Shown here: positions 9,623-19,249 of the stretch, in pieces
Numbering within the stretch: position 1 is the stretch's first letter
Layout of the letters: every line of letters starts with the position of its first letter
DNA from: Candidatus Thorarchaeota archaeon
GTDB taxonomy: Archaea > Asgardarchaeota > Thorarchaeia > Thorarchaeales > Thorarchaeaceae
Direction of reading: 5' to 3'
NCBI GenBank assembly: GCA_963726195.1
Contig: CAVSBO010000010.1
Coordinates: 56,139-120,138, forward strand
DNA length: 64,000 nucleotides
Translations under genes and position numbers: made by a program
The notes under the pieces: model-generated
Seen by the model: the letters and a program-made list of their open reading frames with translations, nothing else
What the model was told of the DNA's origin: nothing
The model's database searches: none

Positions 9623-10603
9623 ATGCCGTATGTCATCAGGAAACTGCAGCAGACCGGGGGAAAAGAAGGCAGCTCCTTTCTTGTGATACTCCCTAAGGAA
9701 TGGATACTGCGGCACAAACTGAACAAGGGCGACCCGGTTGTCGTTGCAGAGCGTGAGGATGGCTGTCTGATAATAGACCCCCGGTTTCCAAGAGCTGGGG
9801 AAACAAGGTCGACAACAATCAAGATTGAACACAACTTGCGTTGGGCTATCACGAGCACCTATCTACTGGGGTTCGACGAGATTCGAGTGGTTAGTGAAAA
9901 GCCGATTACTAACAGCCAGAGAGAGGATTTGAAAAGAATCATCAAGCGCTTTGTGGGAATGGAGGTCACAGACGAAGACGACCAGCAAGTCATGATTCAG
10001 TGCCTTGTTGACCCTTTCACCCTTCCAGTCAACAAGGCGATGAAGAGAATGAATCTGATAGCCTCTAGGATGCTCAATGATGCAGTCGATGCATACTTTG
10101 GGGGACTAAAGGAACTCGCAGACGATGTTGTACAGCGAGACGAAGAAGTGGACCGATTGTTCTTCCTAATAGTGCGTGAATTGAGGTCCGCAATCCAGTA
10201 CCCAAGCATATCGGAGAAGATGAGCATGCCGCCCGTTGAAGCCCTAGACTTTAGGCTGGCTGCCCAGTACATTGAGAGGACTGCAGACTTGGCAACGGAT
10301 ATCGCAGCGCGGACAAAGGGCGCACTTGACAAATCACTTGTTGGAAAAATCAGTTCCATAGCAGCTATGGCGAAGGAGATGCTTTCTGTCTCAGTGGCTA
10401 ACCTGTTCAAGTTCGATCCGGAGAAAGTTGCTTGGGTCATAACAGCAGAAGGAAAACTAATCACGGATACCGCGGCTCTCCGAGATGACATCATCGGGAG
10501 TCCAAACAAGAACCCTCAGGATCATTTGTATGTGGTGGACAGTCTGTTGAGAGTTGGAGAAACTGCGAAGGATATTGCAGACTTGGCACTGCCACAGGGC
10601 TGA
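9623..10603 (+). CDS. AbrB/PhoU-domain phosphate uptake regulator
   Basis: RKLQQTGG...LPKEW AbrB N-terminus, YLLGFDEI, and DEEVDRLFFL / IERTAD PhoU repeats. Confidence 0.88.
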   Translation: MPYVIRKLQQTGGKEGSSFLVILPKEWILRHKLNKGDPVVVAEREDGCLIIDPRFPRAGETRSTTIKIEHNLRWAITSTYLLGFDEIRVVSEKPITNSQREDLKRIIKRFVGMEVTDEDDQQVMIQCLVDPFTLPVNKAMKRMNLIASRMLNDAVDAYFGGLKELADDVVQRDEEVDRLFFLIVRELRSAIQYPSISEKMSMPPVEALDFRLAAQYIERTADLATDIAARTKGALDKSLVGKISSIAAMAKEMLSVSVANLFKFDPEKVAWVITAEGKLITDTAALRDDIIGSPNKNPQDHLYVVDSLLRVGETAKDIADLALPQG

Positions 10604-10615
10604 GGAGGTATTGCA

Positions 10616-12017
10616 TTGGAAAGGAAACTGTTCGGTACAAGCGGCATTCGCGGCAGCATAGCAGAGAAGGTGAGTGTTGATTTGGCCCTCGAATCTCGGG
10701 CGTGGGCTGGGGACTTTCCTGAACGGAAAGGGTACGGTGGCAGTCGGTACAGATGCCAGAACCTCAAGACAGGTCCTCAGAAACGCCTTTGTTGCCGGCC
10801 TGGTATCAACAGGCACGAATGTCACGGATCTCTCCGTCGCTCCAATGCCAGCTGTGGCTGCTCAGAGCGCGTGGACAGACGTTTCTGCCTCAGTAATCAT
10901 CACAGCCAGCCATAATCCAGCGACGGATAACGGTTTCAAGTTCTTCACCGGTGGACGGGAATTCATTAGGTCTGAAGAAGAAGCACTGGAGAAGTGTATC
11001 TTCAACCGCGAATTCGGCATTGCCAGTTGGACTGCAATTGGAAAGGTCATGAAAACAGACATCAAGCAAGCCTATCTCAAGAGAATCAGGAGCTTCCTCA
11101 GCAGTAGAGGAGGAAACACAGGCCAAACCAGAATCCTGGTCGACTTGGCTAACGGCGCCGCCATAGGATACACACCAGAACTGCTGAGAGAACTAGGGTT
11201 CACCGTGACTACTATCAATTCGCATCCTGACGGGTATTTTCCAGGAAGGCTGCCAGAGCCGTCACCTAGCAATCTCATTGACACTATGAAAACCGCAGCG
11301 GGTTCCGACTTTGCTGCAACTTTCTGCCATGACGGAGACGGAGACCGCCTTGCGGTCATCGATGAAAAAGGCAGGTTTGTGGATCAAAACAGGGTCATAG
11401 CTCTCTTTGCTAGGGATGAAGTGGAGAGGAAAAACGGCGGTTTGGTTGTGACGTCAATCGATACGTCGAGCGTGATAGATGAAATAGTCGGGAAAGCTGG
11501 AGGCGAAGTCACTAGGGTGCCCCTCGGCTCGCTTCAGGAGCAGTTGGCTGGAGACAGGCGACAGTCGATTGTCTTCGCTTCAGAACCTTGGAAAGCGATT
11601 TTCACAGAGCTGGGCTACTGGATGGATGGCATTGCAGCTGCTGGCCGGTTCGCACAAATGGTCCGAGAGGTCGGTCAGGATAGTTGCATCAAACTCATGA
11701 GCTCGATTCCTGAATACCCCGTGTTGCGTGACCAAGTAGCCTGCCCCGATGATGTGAAACAGCAGTTCATGGGGAATGTTCGAACCATATTGCTCTCAGA
11801 GGTCACTGGGATTCAGAGAGTACTCGATGTCGACGGTATACGAATCGAATGTGTTGATGGCTCGTATTTGCTCGTGAGACCTTCGGGTACTGAACCAAAG
11901 GCTAGGGTCTACATAGGGGCAAGAACCCAGGCAGCTCTGGATAAGCTAGCAGGCATAGCAATGAATGCGATACGCAGAGCTCTTGGGGAGAGCACCATGG
12001 CCAAGACTGCTAGCTAA
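10616..12017 (+). CDS. Alpha-D-phosphohexomutase (PMM/PGM/GlmM family); frameshift near 10690
   Basis: LFGTSGIRG start in one frame, then TASHNP, DGDGDR and VRPSGTEPK in the next. Confidence 0.92.
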
Positions 12018-12143
12018 GCAACGGACTCACGCTGCTGGAACTTCGGAGAGAGTTGAGATGCGTAGTTAACGTTAAATCCGGTGCAATCAACAGCCCGACT
12101 GACGTGCTCTAGCCAGCTCTCTTGGCAGGCCCGTCTTATTCTA

Positions 12144-12243
12144 GCCGAGGTATCCAAGCGGTTACGGAGACGGTCTCGAAATCATAGCCAACAAGGCAAC
12201 CGTTGGGGTCATCCCCGCGAGGGTTCGAATCCCTTCCTCGGCG
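12144..12243 (+). tRNA. tRNA-Ser(CGA) with a 17-nt intron at 37/38 (12181-12197)
   Basis: Acceptor GCCGAGG/CCTCGGC, anticodon stem ACGGT/ACCGT, CGA anticodon, long variable arm GGGG/CCCC, GGTTCGAATCC T arm. Confidence 0.9.
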
Positions 12244-12334
12244 CCTGCAGTCAACCTTCAGTGCGTAATGGGCCGCATAAGATAGGAAGTCGCAGCCCTT
12301 CGAGAACCAGAGAAACATGCAACGAAGATGAAGA

Positions 12335-12422
12335 TGGTGCGGAGGGCGAGATTTGAACTCGCGAATCTCTACAGAACGAGGTCCTAAGCCTCGCGCCTTT
12401 GACCTAGCTTGGCAACCTCCGC
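12335..12422 (-). tRNA. tRNA-Leu(TAG), CCA encoded
   Basis: GCGGAGG acceptor, CGAGG-CT-TAG-GA-CCTCG anticodon arm, long variable arm, GTTCAAATC, ends ACCA. Confidence 0.95.
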
Positions 12423-12566
12423 TCTACTCGGTCAGCGGTTAGCTACATGATATAACGATTTTGGGAAGCTGCCGAGATTACGCTTCGGACAGCGCCCAGA
12501 TGCTAGCCCCTCTGACAGTCGACTTGACCGTTGATGAAAAACAAAAGTGTGTCTGGTATCTGCCTT

Positions 12567-12734
12567 CTAGGGGGCTTTAGCCGGCTTACCGCTTGAATCT
12601 GTCACGGTCTCCCAGATGTGACTGCATCGTGGACATCTCCACTTGCGTCTGTTGAACTTGCCAGCACCGAACACTTCTTTCCTTACGAGCGCAGCATCCT
12701 TGGATCCGCAGTGTGGGCATGTGACCTCAGACAT
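12567..12734 (-). CDS. Small 55-aa Zn-ribbon protein (below the ORF-track cutoff)
   Basis: MSEVTCPHCGSKDAALVRKEVFGAGKFNRRKWRCPRCSHIWETVTDSSGKPAKAP, two CxxC pairs, GAGG upstream. Confidence 0.7.
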   Translation of the reverse strand: MSEVTCPHCGSKDAALVRKEVFGAGKFNRRKWRCPRCSHIWETVTDSSGKPAKAP

Positions 12735-12799
12735 AATAATATCCTCGCTGAGAAGCTGGTCGCATTCGGATATTTAGTTTGCTCCCAGCCTTGGCTTGG

Positions 12800-12952
12800 A
12801 CTTGTGCTAGGGCATTGAGTCAACTACCCGCGACTAAAGTCGCAGGCTTGCCACTGCAATCCGTGGTAGGAACTCTACCTCATCATTTCGCGCGACGTTC
12901 GGGCGGTTGACTTTCGCCCTCCCGACCACAGCATTGCCACGGTCGGATACGA
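12800..12952 (-). ncRNA. Putative TnpB omegaRNA scaffold plus flank-derived guide
   Basis: TTTAAA box at 12975-12980. Hairpins CCGACC/GGTCGG, GGGCG/CGCCC and GGTAG/CTACC plus the RE hairpin. Loop GTCAAC is complementary to the terminal GTTGAC (pseudoknot). Ends approximate. Confidence 0.6.
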
Positions 12953-13047
12953 TCCTTCACTTTTCAAGCTCTCATTTAAACTCGTATATCCCGCGGCGGC
13001 GTTTCCTCCCCCGACTAAAGTTGCGGGTCTCCTCGCCGCGTTTCTCT
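12819..13047 (-). mobile_element. Non-autonomous IS200/IS605-family mini-element (no ORF)
   Basis: Related subterminal palindromes at both ends (CCCGCAACTTTAGTCGGGG at the LE, CCTGCGACTTTAGTCGCGGG at the RE). RE terminus GGTAGTTGAC. LE preceded by TTCAT. No target-site duplication. Confidence 0.8.
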
Positions 13048-13183
13048 ATGAAGGAAACGTGCAACACATGTCACAACCTTTTTATTAGCACCGTAAGATA
13101 ACGGCGGGAACCGTGGCGCTACCACGGCGTGGGTCGAGATTCTTCGGACCAACTCAGGTATTTCACCAAGAGTGTGATGTGAC

Positions 13184-13867
13184 ATGTCCTCGCAGACCAA
13201 GGAAGTAGCTGCCACTACCGCAAGAGCAAGAGACAAGTGGAGAGAGAAAGCTTGGTATCAGGTTCTGGCACCAGAGTACTTTGGCAACAAGGAAATCGGC
13301 GTCACGCCCGGGGAGACTCCCGACTCGCTGGTTGGTCGCACCTTGGAACCCACACTCTACGATATTACTGGTAACTTCGACCAGATTCACGTTAAGCTTC
13401 GGTTCAAGATAACAGGTGTTGTGGGGCAGCAGGCCAAGACTGTCTTCTTTGGCCATGAATGGAGCTCAGATTATTTGCGTGGGCTCGTTAGAAGAGGCAC
13501 ATCGAGAATAGATTGGATTGGGCCGATACTCACGAAAGACGACTACATGATGCGGATTTCCGTGATTGTTTTCACTATGACTCGCTCAAAGACCAGTCAG
13601 GAGCACTCTGTGAGAAAGGCTATCGAGAAGGTCATAGTCGGACACGCAAAGAGGCATACATTCGACGAGCTTGTCCAGAAGGTAATTCTTGGAGACCTTG
13701 CCAAGGAAGTCCAGGACGAAGTCAAGAAAATCACGCCCATCCGGGAGTGTGAAATTCGGAAGAGCAAGGTACTGAAGGCGCCTGAGGAAGTGAGAGCCAG
13801 AAGGGCAAGACTTCGCAGAGGCGGTCCGAAGGCCGAGGCTACAGAGACACCTGAGGCGTCAAGCTGA
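13184..13867 (+). CDS. rps3ae: Ribosomal protein eS1 (S3Ae)
   Basis: RDKWREKAWYQVLAP...LVGRTLE...DYLRGLVRRGTSRID...EIRKSKVL. Confidence 0.96.
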   Translation: MSSQTKEVAATTARARDKWREKAWYQVLAPEYFGNKEIGVTPGETPDSLVGRTLEPTLYDITGNFDQIHVKLRFKITGVVGQQAKTVFFGHEWSSDYLRGLVRRGTSRIDWIGPILTKDDYMMRISVIVFTMTRSKTSQEHSVRKAIEKVIVGHAKRHTFDELVQKVILGDLAKEVQDEVKKITPIRECEIRKSKVLKAPEEVRARRARLRRGGPKAEATETPEASS

Positions 13868-13964
13868 TTCCTTTGATGAACAGGATATCAATCAGGCCCT
13901 CTCGTTTCACGGGAATTGCATCGTTGTCGTAGTTACACTAACTTCGCAGTCTCATTCCTGAATG

Positions 13965-14330
13965 CTAAGCATTCTCAACGCGACTCATGCTCTCAAGTCT
14001 GTGCAATGCCTGCAATAACAGAACCACCAGTCGTGCCAGCTTTGTGAGCGCTTCGATGTCGTTCTCGCTTTCAACCAGTTCGTTCACATCTTTCAGTTTT
14101 CGAAGCAAAGTCTCCCTGAGCTGTGAAATCACAGTATTGGGTGCCGGGGCCTCTACCTCTTGGCCTGAGCGCACAACCACTATCCGACGATCACACGTAG
14201 CACAGTAGGTATCGTTTCCCACCTTGAACAGAGGCGAACCGCATTGTGGACACGCCTGCGCGAGCATTGTAGCGCCCCGACGTAATAGCTCGGCCATCTT
14301 CTTGATTGATGCGTCAGTCTTGTCGGCCAT
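13965..14330 (-). CDS. UPF0148 / autoantigen p27-like Zn-ribbon protein
   Basis: MAELLRRGATMLAQACPQCGSPLF...YCATC. Confidence 0.85.
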   Translation of the reverse strand: MADKTDASIKKMAELLRRGATMLAQACPQCGSPLFKVGNDTYCATCDRRIVVVRSGQEVEAPAPNTVISQLRETLLRKLKDVNELVESENDIEALTKLARLVVLLLQALHRLESMSRVENA

Positions 14331-14512
14331 TCACATCCAACTCCCACAAAGTGAGAAACGATGTAATAAGTGATACCAATGCTGTGCCAAGAATACACCC
14401 GGTCTGTGACACTCAAGACGGAAATCGAGGACCACCCCAAACCATTAACCATGTCGCAATGTTGATATGGTTACGCCAAGTCTGAATCTCCGGTTGTTCA
14501 CGCACTCCATTC

Positions 14513-14806
14513 GTGCGGCAAGACTATTCAGAGGTGAGCCAATTGGACCCAGAGACACAGAGGAGCATAGACCAGTCGAAACATTTGCTTAGACAGATAT
14601 CCGAGGATTCGTCGGTCCCCCGTAACATTCGTCGTGCGGCCAATGAGGCTATTGCAGTCCTTGAACGCAGTGCAGATTCGCCGGCAGTAAGGGCACAGAA
14701 TGCAATCGCGACTCTTGATGAACCAAGTCAGGATCCGAATTGTCCCAACCACGCGCGAACGAAAATCTGGCATGTTTCTAGTCTCTTGGAGCCGATACGT
14801 GACTAG
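14513..14806 (+). CDS. UPF0147 family protein
   Basis: DSSVPRNIRRAA...DPNCPNHARTKIW...LLE. Confidence 0.88.
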   Translation: MRQDYSEVSQLDPETQRSIDQSKHLLRQISEDSSVPRNIRRAANEAIAVLERSADSPAVRAQNAIATLDEPSQDPNCPNHARTKIWHVSSLLEPIRD

Positions 14807-14890
14807 CCTTCGTGAAACTGGCAGTGGAATACAGACAGTTGGTCCTCATGAATGGGGTTCTGACGCCTAAGGTCCGGTCCAGGGTCGTCT

Positions 14891-16387
14891 ATGAGCAAGG
14901 TGAGGATAAGAGGAATCTATTCGCAGTCATTGACACAGATCATGCTGCAGAACCACTTTGATGTGGTTCAGCCAAGCCCTGAGGTTGCACGAAGATTCGG
15001 CTTGCCCTATCGCGATGAGATTCCAGACATCGATATCTGGGATCGGAGTGATCTGCAGGGGATTGTTGCAATAGCCTACGAATCAGTTTTGAATCGACTG
15101 ACCGATGTTTTGCGTAGACGGCTTGGCAACGTGATAACTCGCACACCGCGCGTGGCCAAGGGTTCGATATACAAGGGCTCTGTGCTTGGAACAGACGAAA
15201 AGACCGGGCAGACCAAAGTGGACTTAGGAGACATATCGGGTCTGCTGCCGGAAAAGGGTCTCAAACAGGGTAGCCACATAATGGTCCAGGTGAGAGCCCA
15301 CGACTACGGAAGGAAGTCTCCTGTGCTCTCTTCTAGTATAACTATCCCAGGAAGAGCTGCAGTGCTACTGCCCGAGCCAGTAGTCAGATTGAGTGCGAAG
15401 ATTAAGGACAAGGAAACCCGCAGCCACTTGCTTAGCTTGGGCGAGAAGATTAGGCAGAACTCGGAGAACTGGGGCATTCTCTGGAGAACCTCAGCTGACA
15501 GACTAGAAGAAGATGAGCTACGCAATGAGGTGGATGACTTGCTTGACACCGCCCAGCAAGTTCAGTCCAAGTATGACGAGGCAAGTAAACCCGAACTTCT
15601 GTTCGAAGGGACGAGCAATGCGGACATTGAGTTTCCATCTGAGGTAAAAGAGGCATTGGATGTCACACGTGCAAAGATTACCCCAACGATAAAGCTGCAT
15701 CACTTCTACAAGAGCGCCGGATATGCAGCCATCGTGGAACTCGCAGAGACAATCATCGAAGAACGCCCGAATGAAAGATCGTACATCATGTCCAAGCTTG
15801 AGAAGATAATCAACAAGGACATGCCGAAAGTTGATGACCCGGTAAACATAGAGCATGTCAAGCTAGATGGAAGAAACATAGTCTTGTCCAAAGGCAGGGT
15901 CGTAGGCATCACTGCTCAGGAACTCCTCATCAGGAGACAGTTCAGGTACACGAGTAGGAAGCTGAAACTGGCCTCCGATTTCACAGAAGACAACGAGATG
16001 GAAGACGATGAAGGAGACTTTGCAATTACTCACGTTGTTCCCGGATCAACAACCCTCGTTACCGAGTACTTCTCTCATGATGAGCATCTTAGGGGCACCT
16101 ATGTGAACGTAAACACGGGTGTAGAGGTCTATCCCAGTTCTGGAAGCAATCCCGGTCGAATTAGATATGTCGACTTAGAGATAGACGTCGTTAGTCCCGT
16201 TCAGGGAGAAACTAGGATAATCGATCAGAATCTTCTCAAGCGTGCTGTCCAAAGAGGATTCATAACGAAAGAACTCGCGGACATGGCACGACTAAAGGCC
16301 AAAGCGGCTTATTTCAGTCTGGCTGGCGAGGGTGCGGAATGGAAAATGCCCGATGAGGATTTGCCCGAGACTTCGTCCATCGAATAA
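14891..16387 (+). CDS. fau-1: Ribonuclease FAU-1 (AU-binding, DUF402)
   Basis: KVRIRGIYS N-terminus, RNase E/G-like middle, YVNVNTGVE...RYVDLEIDVV DUF402 end. Confidence 0.88.
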   Translation: MSKVRIRGIYSQSLTQIMLQNHFDVVQPSPEVARRFGLPYRDEIPDIDIWDRSDLQGIVAIAYESVLNRLTDVLRRRLGNVITRTPRVAKGSIYKGSVLGTDEKTGQTKVDLGDISGLLPEKGLKQGSHIMVQVRAHDYGRKSPVLSSSITIPGRAAVLLPEPVVRLSAKIKDKETRSHLLSLGEKIRQNSENWGILWRTSADRLEEDELRNEVDDLLDTAQQVQSKYDEASKPELLFEGTSNADIEFPSEVKEALDVTRAKITPTIKLHHFYKSAGYAAIVELAETIIEERPNERSYIMSKLEKIINKDMPKVDDPVNIEHVKLDGRNIVLSKGRVVGITAQELLIRRQFRYTSRKLKLASDFTEDNEMEDDEGDFAITHVVPGSTTLVTEYFSHDEHLRGTYVNVNTGVEVYPSSGSNPGRIRYVDLEIDVVSPVQGETRIIDQNLLKRAVQRGFITKELADMARLKAKAAYFSLAGEGAEWKMPDEDLPETSSIE

Positions 16388-16394
16388 CTGTTGA

Positions 16395-16637
16395 CTACTC
16401 CGTTGACTTAAGAGTCCTGAGAGACAAGTCCACTGCGCTCAAGAGATCCTCAATTGTGGTCCTCAGAGAATCCAGTCCTCGACTACACTCTATTCTGAAA
16501 ACCAGTTTCCCGTTTACTTTCTCAGACTCGATTCTAAGGCCGGGCGGCAGTGGAACATTGTCTGGAAGTACAGAATCCAAGACTCGCTGGGAGTCTGTAA
16601 TTGGCAAGAGATCCAGCTCGATTGTAACGACCATCAT
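16395..16637 (-). CDS. pcc1: KEOPS subunit Pcc1
   Basis: 80 aa, SVLPDN...SLRTTIEDLL. Conserved rps15-DHH-pcc1 order. Confidence 0.75.
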   Translation of the reverse strand: MMVVTIELDLLPITDSQRVLDSVLPDNVPLPPGLRIESEKVNGKLVFRIECSRGLDSLRTTIEDLLSAVDLSLRTLKSTE

Positions 16638-17977
16638 TATCTCATCTCTCCTGCGAGACCACGTATTGCATCAAACAGGTCCTCTCGCTTCTCCTTAGTC
16701 ATGTGAACCAATACTGATCTTGGGGATGCCGAAGAAGAGGAGAGCCCAGCCATTGTGAAGGACTGCAAGATGTTGTGAAGCCTCATATCCTCGAAATCCC
16801 ATGCCACACAGGCACAGTCTTCCCGTTCTAGTACCAAGAACTGCTCTCTGTCGGCATACCCGTTTTCGAATACTATGCGACACACATCGGGAAGGACTTC
16901 CCTCGGAGCTCCGGACATGGGTGCTACCGCTATTGAATCTGATTGGACAGCCACTTCTTGATTGCTTTGAGCTGACAAGAACCGCTGTACTCCTGAGATA
17001 GTCTCTCGGCAATGGAGCCTGTAGGAATCAAGAAGCATTCTTAGCATTCTCGCGTGGTCCCCCATCCAGACTGCCATTGCTAAGCCAGTTTCGTGCCTGC
17101 ACCATGCAACTTCCGACATGGACTTGATTGCGGAAAGAAAGCGTAGAGGACCACTCTCGGGTTCCAGATGGTTTTCAAAGTCCAGTCCTAGCAGCCGCCG
17201 TATTACAGAAATGTCAAGTTTCACAGCCAGTTTTTCAGTGAGCCTTCTCATTTCTTCGCCTGCTAGGGACGTTATCGGCATGCTGTGCCTTGATGGAGGT
17301 ATGTCAGCCTCGCTGAGAACACGCTCGCATGATTCAATGCTTCCGCTCATGCCACGCAGATAAGGGCTGATGCTGTTTGATAGAGTTTCAATCAGAGGAA
17401 GGAAATTAGTACCGAAAACCCTGAAACCTCTTCTTTCTGCCAGAACATCAGCTTCCTGTGCGAACAGAATCATCTCCCTTGATAGTGAGTCTGATTCGGT
17501 CTGCAGTTGATCTTGGACAAGAAGCCCGGCAGTTGCTAGATACAGCTCCTCAGGACCAACTTCCAGCTTCTCTCTGGCAATGGCATACGCGCCAACAGAG
17601 ACCTGTTCCCTCTTGCCAACAGAAAGCATTGACGAAGACCCTGTATTGATCGTGCTTCCAATCAGAACAGGCAATGGCGAATCAGTATCATGGGCAAGGT
17701 CACCCGAAACGTCAACTCCGACAACCAAGACTGTGCGGCCTAGACTTGTACTCATGAACGACGCGAGGGTTTCTGCGTTCATCATAGGCTCAACGAAGGT
17801 AACATGGAAGACCCCGCCAGCGTTTACGATTGACCGACACAGGAGCGTACTTGCCAGCACAGCCGGAGGAGTGGGTGAGCTTATGATTAGAACACGACTG
17901 CCTTTGCCCAGAGACACCTCTCTGCACTTGCCAGCCAGACCATCAAGCTCCGGAGTACTGAAGTCCCTCGCAGTCAT
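16637..17977 (-). CDS. RecJ/DHH-family protein with degenerate catalytic motifs
   Basis: Occupies the usual slot after rps15. Recognisable GFRVFGTNFLPL...SISPYLRGMSG region. No DxDG or DHH motif. Confidence 0.7.
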   Translation of the reverse strand: MTARDFSTPELDGLAGKCREVSLGKGSRVLIISSPTPPAVLASTLLCRSIVNAGGVFHVTFVEPMMNAETLASFMSTSLGRTVLVVGVDVSGDLAHDTDSPLPVLIGSTINTGSSSMLSVGKREQVSVGAYAIAREKLEVGPEELYLATAGLLVQDQLQTESDSLSREMILFAQEADVLAERRGFRVFGTNFLPLIETLSNSISPYLRGMSGSIESCERVLSEADIPPSRHSMPITSLAGEEMRRLTEKLAVKLDISVIRRLLGLDFENHLEPESGPLRFLSAIKSMSEVAWCRHETGLAMAVWMGDHARMLRMLLDSYRLHCRETISGVQRFLSAQSNQEVAVQSDSIAVAPMSGAPREVLPDVCRIVFENGYADREQFLVLEREDCACVAWDFEDMRLHNILQSFTMAGLSSSSASPRSVLVHMTKEKREDLFDAIRGLAGEMR

Positions 17978-18011
17978 CTCAGCCTGAGGGGCACTGCCGC
18001 TTTTGATAAAA

Positions 18012-18467
18012 CTATCTCAACAATACTGCGGCCTGTTCAGGAGTGTACTTCCAGTCAGAGGAGAGAACTCTCGTTTTCTTGTAGTACCCTGACAGCCTGT
18101 GTATCTTGCTTTCGACAAGCTGAAGGCCTCGCCTTGAGACAAGATCCTTCTTGTTATCCTCCATATGTTTGCGAATCGCTGTGGCCTTTGCAATCATGTT
18201 ACGCAAGTCCTCAGGTATTTTCCTCTGAAGGTTGTTGTCTCTCAGAATCTCGGTTACTTTCTTTCCGGTGACCACCTTCACAAGCGGGACGCCATACTGA
18301 TCGCGAAGAATCAAGCCAATCATTGATGGGCTGTTACCGCCCTTGGCCATCTCAACTATTGTCTTCTCCACCCACGAAGAATCCTTGTTCAGCCACTGGG
18401 GTGTTTGAAGAGTTGATGGCCGTTTGCTTCCCGACTGGCCTTTGCGTCTAGTGTGCATCCGCGCCAT
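18012..18467 (-). CDS. rps15: Ribosomal protein uS15
   Basis: MARMHTRRKGQSGSKRP...IGLILRDQYGVP...ESKIHRL. Confidence 0.97.
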   Translation of the reverse strand: MARMHTRRKGQSGSKRPSTLQTPQWLNKDSSWVEKTIVEMAKGGNSPSMIGLILRDQYGVPLVKVVTGKKVTEILRDNNLQRKIPEDLRNMIAKATAIRKHMEDNKKDLVSRRGLQLVESKIHRLSGYYKKTRVLSSDWKYTPEQAAVLLR

Positions 18468-18604
18468 GGACACAACCTCTTGGTCTAAGGAGCTCTCGGA
18501 AAACCCGCTCCTCACCACCGCCCCTTGGCTTCGAATATAAAGGTTGTCGTGTGAGTAGAAGGCAACAATGGCTAGACTCCGTTAGAGAGGAGTGATGCTT
18601 ATTC

Positions 18605-19249
18605 CTAGTGATATCTGCCGCGCTCGCGGATAGCCTCCATTCTTGAGAACACAGGTTCTGCATCGCTACCGAGAAGACTAACGTAACCTTCGAGTGTCGC
18701 TGACAACATGACCTCCTGCAAATCCCAGTGAGTCGTCTCGAGTGCACGATGAATGAGGTGCAGGTCTACCCCTTTCATCTCAATCGTGGCATTCCATTCC
18801 GCAAGCCCAAAGTCTACCATCCAAAGCCGAGACTTACTATCAATCAAAACATTGCTAGTCGTAGGGTCTCCGTGCACTACGTTTCCCCTATGCATGAGCG
18901 CAATCGACTGCCCGAACGAGTGACAAAGCTCTGCCAACTTTGAATGCGATAGTGTCGGTGCCATTTGTTTCAGCTGCCTTCCTTCGATGTAGTCCATTGC
19001 TATCGTGCACGTCGCAAGGTTCGCCCAGTGTACAGCAGGAGTCGGAACTCCCAGTAAACGGGCATAGGTGAGCATCTTGCACTCTCTGCTGGTCCGGCTA
19101 TGCCTCAACAGTTCATCGATTTCTTTCAAAAGATACGGTTTCTCAGGACGCCACTTGAGAATCACAGGACGACCCCATTCTTCGGTCTTGAATATGGTTG
19201 ACTCGGCACCCATTGCCCACGGTTCCATTTTCAACTGGATGCCCTCCAA
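18605..19249 (-). CDS. bud32: KEOPS kinase Bud32
   Basis: GAES, HGDPTTSN, DFGL, GVDL, ERGRYH. Confidence 0.95.
   Translation of the reverse strand: MEGIQLKMEPWAMGAESTIFKTEEWGRPVILKWRPEKPYLLKEIDELLRHSRTSRECKMLTYARLLGVPTPAVHWANLATCTIAMDYIEGRQLKQMAPTLSHSKLAELCHSFGQSIALMHRGNVVHGDPTTSNVLIDSKSRLWMVDFGLAEWNATIEMKGVDLHLIHRALETTHWDLQEVMLSATLEGYVSLLGSDAEPVFSRMEAIRERGRYH

Noticed and set aside
12819-12850. GTCAACTACCC... start resembling an IscB/HEARO omegaRNA on the plus strand
   Set aside because: No IscB ORF follows. The TATA position and the loop-terminus pseudoknot fit a minus-strand TnpB-type right end better.
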